From positions 142,476,001-142,540,000 of the forward strand of contig OZ038378.1 in NCBI GenBank assembly GCA_964036045.1: a stretch of DNA of 64,000 nt. The letters are read 5' to 3'. This DNA is from Eutreptiella sp. 'Long Island Sound 2002'. Its lineage: Eukaryota; Protista; Euglenida. This document shows positions 60,486 through 64,000 of this stretch, in pieces. The notes under the pieces were generated by a model. It was not told the origin of the DNA, made no database searches, and saw only the letters and a program-made list of their open reading frames with translations. The position numbers and the translations under genes were made by a program. Each line of letters begins with the position of its first letter. The stretch's first letter is position 1.

Positions 60486-60767
60486 CCCCCCCCCCCCCCC
60501 CCCACGATGGCTGGGGGTATCACGAGGGCGAAGGCGGTGTGCCGGTTGGTCTTTCTGGGGGTGCGCCATTGTCCAAGCGGTGGAGAGGACATGGGCCATA
60601 ACGCTGGTCCCCGGGGGTAGGGGGGCCAGGTTGTGCACACGCATCTGTATCCCATAGCGGGGGGCCAGTGTCCGCCAATTGCAGGCTATCCGTCACTGCG
60701 GGGGGCTATTGACAATCTAAAGTGAATCGAATGACTTCAGTTTTGCCACAGTGAGGTGGGACGAGTC

Positions 60768-60769
<2 letters not shown>

Positions 60770-60804
<35 letters not shown>
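60770..60804 (+). repeat. (GT)n microsatellite
   Basis: Directly visible. Confidence 0.95.
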
Positions 60805-60807
<3 letters not shown>

Positions 60808-63800
60808 CCGCAGGTGCTCAACTCCCCTTGTACAGTTTGTACATGCTGTCCACTCAGTTGATGATTCTTTGAACCGCAGTGTTATGAGTTTTCGGGATTG
60901 CATGTGGGTGTCCTGGGTGCAGTTGATTGGCTTACAGAGCTGGGTTGCTGAGCAGGGGGGGGGGGATCAGACCACAACATGCAAAACTACGCCAGCATTA
61001 CACGGAACCTCTGCAGTGGTGCGACTGCAACGAGTTGTTCGTGGATCTTGCGCATTGCAGATATTTTTCGAACGCAACCCCATGCCCCAGGCAACTTCTT
61101 GCACATCCGTCCAGGGGGCCGCCCCACTGCCGGGCCGGTGGCCTTCACGTTCAGTCGCCCCCAGACGGTGAAGGTGTGGGGGATGCGTGGCGGGCGTACC
61201 CCCAATCCCGGGGGTTGGGGCGGGGGGCTGCCCTGAAGGCGGCGTGGGTGTCGGGGGGTGGGCGTGAGGGTGGACCGGATGAGCCTGTCGCGCACTGCGG
61301 CCGCGCTGAATCGTGGCGGTGCGCAGGCACGCGCCGGCGCACAGGACAGAGCGCGTGCGTGCGCTCGCCCGCCGCTGTTCATAGCGCTCTCGTGTCCCTC
61401 CGGAGGCCGGCGGTTGACAGGCCGCCGCTTTGGGGGGCGAAGCGGCGGAGGACGGGCCGCCGTCCGGGGCTGCGGGGCACACGTTGACGAGGGGCGGCTG
61501 CGCGCCGCCCCGTCGCCGTCGGTCGTGGCTGTGGGGCCGCCGTTGATGCACCGATGGTCTGCCGGCTCTTGTGCCGTGCGTCGCGTTGCTCACGGGGGCA
61601 GCGGAAGTGGGAGGCGTGACGTGGGCCGGACGGAGACGGAGGGCGGCCGCGGCCGCAGGAGCGGGGGCTATTGGGGCGCTGGTTCCGGAGGACACGGCAG
61701 CAGCGGCGTGCGTGGGCCCCGCCCCCGCGGCCCTGGGACAGCGCCGAAGGGGGGGAGGCCGGCGGTCGCGGCCTCTTTTGTGGCGGTGCGATGGCGTGGC
61801 CTGCGCGATGCTCCCGAGCGCCATCACCACTGGACACACACCGCCCGCGGGGGGGGGGGGGGGCGTACTGCACATCGCCCCATCGGTAGTGCCCGGGGGG
61901 GGGGGGCGGGGGCTGGGGGGGTGTCTGTATACGACTTGCGGCTGTGGACCGGGACTGGGGGAGTGGTAGGGGCTGACCTGCGATGCCGCGCCCGAACGGG
62001 GGATGGGGCGTGGGGGGGGCCGGGGATGAGGGGAGCCCCCCGCCCCCCCCGAGCCTCAGGGGGGGGGGGCGGGCTCCAGGAAGGAGGTCGACGCAGGAGC
62101 ACAGCGGGCCCACATCGGCGCGCCCCCCCCCCACCCCCACCCCCACAGTCTTCGGCAGTCGTAGAGGCAGGCCGCTGCCCTTGAGCCATGCCGCAGTGCC
62201 CGGGATCCATTGGGAAGGGGGCTGGGCCGCCCCCCCCCCCCCCCCCAAAGCGGGGCATGCCCCCCCCACGCCTGCAGGATGCCCTCCTCCAAAGGCCCAT
62301 ACGCACGTACCCCCCCCGGAAGTACCCACCGGCATCCCCCTTTCCGCCTTCATGCCCCCACCCGCCGGTGCTTCTTTCTCCCAAACTTCGCTCTGTGGAG
62401 AGCGTTGCCCGTGCCGGCGTGGGAGGAGGGACGCCAGGAGGCAGAGGCCGCGGTTGTGAGGAACGGGACCCCTGTCCCACTCTCGCGCGGTACATTGCCC
62501 CCCCGGCGGCTGGGCAGCCCAACGCCTCTCAGACCGTGGCTGCAGACAAGCCTGGGGCATATCAAAGGTGCGGGGGGCTGCCTTCAAGGCGTCCCCCCCC
62601 CCCCCCTCGTTGTGGCGGGGAGGAGGTGGCGTTCGAAAGCAACTGCATCCCTTTCCCCAACCCCCCCCCCCCCCCCACTCCCACCCCCGCGCCAACAGGG
62701 GCGGAGCTATCCCACGATGTCCGCTTTGGCCAAACCCCTGAGCCTTGTGAACTGCCCGGAGCGCGCCGCTCTCGGCCCCCTCTCCTTCCATTGCCCTCCT
62801 GCCCAGGGCGTGGACCACTGCTGGTCTCAGTTTTGCTGTTAGAGAACGCCTACCACCAACCGCCGTCGGTTCCCCTCCAACCGTCGTTGGATGCCCCTCC
62901 AATCGCCATTGGTTGCCCTTCAAGTGCCGTCCAGTCGTGCGGCCAAACACTGGAGCTGCTTGCTGGACGGCCCGAATTTGTTTGCCTCAACGTCAGTTCA
63001 AATCAATCCTGCCCCCGCACACCACCGTTCCGTCCAAGTCACAGCCCAACCTCCTGGCGCCCACATCCCCCCGGCCGATCTGCATGACGCGCGCGCGCGT
63101 GTGTGTGCGCGCGAGTGCGTTAGTGAGTGTGTTGAGCGTGACACGCGACGCACCCCAACTACTGACCCCCATCCCTCTGGACGTTGCTGCCCCCCAAGCA
63201 CTGCTGCCTGCATGAAGGTGCCTGGCCGCCCATGGTCATGGCTTCTCTTTGACTGTCGGACGGCCTGACGGGCATTGAGCACTCGGCGCCTTTGGTTGTG
63301 TGTGTGCGTGTGTGTTTCTGAGTGTCTAAAGCCGCCTGGTCCCCGATGGTCGATCGTTGACTGTCGGACGGCCTGACGAGACTCCACTGCCGACCAGTGC
63401 CTGCCCTGCTTCTGCTCGTGCTTGGAATTGGTCGCCCGGCGTCATCCGCGCGCGCGCGCGCGCGTTTGGTGCACACGAGTCCGCCGCGAAAGATCCTTCC
63501 TGTGGTCCTCTGCAGCATGGGCCCTTTTTGCGACGGCGTGAGAGGGGCTGGCAACCTCTGCCCCCCGATCCATCTCTTTCCCCTCCACCATGGCCCGCTG
63601 CTTCCGAGTGTGTCAACGCATGCGTGTGTCTGGTGTCTGGCGTGTGGTGTGGGTTGTGTATTTGGGGGCTGGCGAGGGGGGGTTCGGCCTCGGCCGGACC
63701 TGGGGTTGTGCCCTACATGTCGTTCATGGTGGTTTCATGGACATGGCACGGCATGGCACGATGGACCGCTCGATGCGAGGGAGCCGCAGGCACGGTGCGC

Positions 63801-64000
63801 GCGGGCTCCCTTGTACCCTGGGGACCCAGCGAAGGAACTCTGACTATGGATTTTCCACTTTTGATTGGAAGCTTGGAGAATGGGCTTCCCCTGTGTGTTT
63901 ACTGATTGGACAGGGGCAGTATCATTGTTGTGTAGTCGGAACTTCTTGCGCCCTCGGCCAACGGTGCAGCCAAGCCTGCAGCCGGAGGGCCGATTCCAGT

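Noticed and set aside
60900-63100. Several 200-520 aa ORFs on both strands
   Set aside because: This is a GC-rich mosaic of interspersed repeats and G/C runs with no recognisable domain or consistent coding frame.
1-64000. tRNA, rRNA, snRNA or full SL-RNA genes; prokaryotic operons or promoters
   Set aside because: No cloverleaf with T-loop consensus, no rRNA/snRNA motifs, and no operon-like organisation were recognised by eye. A covariance-model scan would be needed to exclude small RNAs.

Overview
This is repeat-rich eukaryotic nuclear DNA, not prokaryotic. The likely source is a plastid-bearing euglenid (Euglena/Eutreptiella-like). That is an inference from a nuclear, intron-containing sufB, GC3-rich single-exon genes, euglenozoan-style retroelements and a 14-nt match to the euglenid spliced leader. 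Four clear host genes sit among the repeats: an F-box/LRR-like protein (34368-36059), a triple ubiquitin-like protein (from 45862), a JmjC hydroxylase (50804-51844) and SufB (57173-59241, 518-nt intron). A fifth, small two-exon gene missed by the ORF track is probable (25339-25420 + 28978-29261). The most notable mobile element is a nearly complete 5.2-kb tyrosine-recombinase retrotransposon (39629-44849). It has gene order Gag-YR-RT-RNaseH and split direct repeats A1...B1A2..B2, and it is inserted into a palindromic site in the tail of a LINE. Other content includes a ~10.2-kb array of a hairpin-forming 47-bp satellite with higher-order repeats, several decayed RNase-H-bearing LINEs, decayed YR relics, an inverted pair of 2A-like/endonuclease fragments, and MITE-like elements. 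Most ORFs in the supplied track are spurious. All protein family assignments come from motif recognition by eye; no searches were run.
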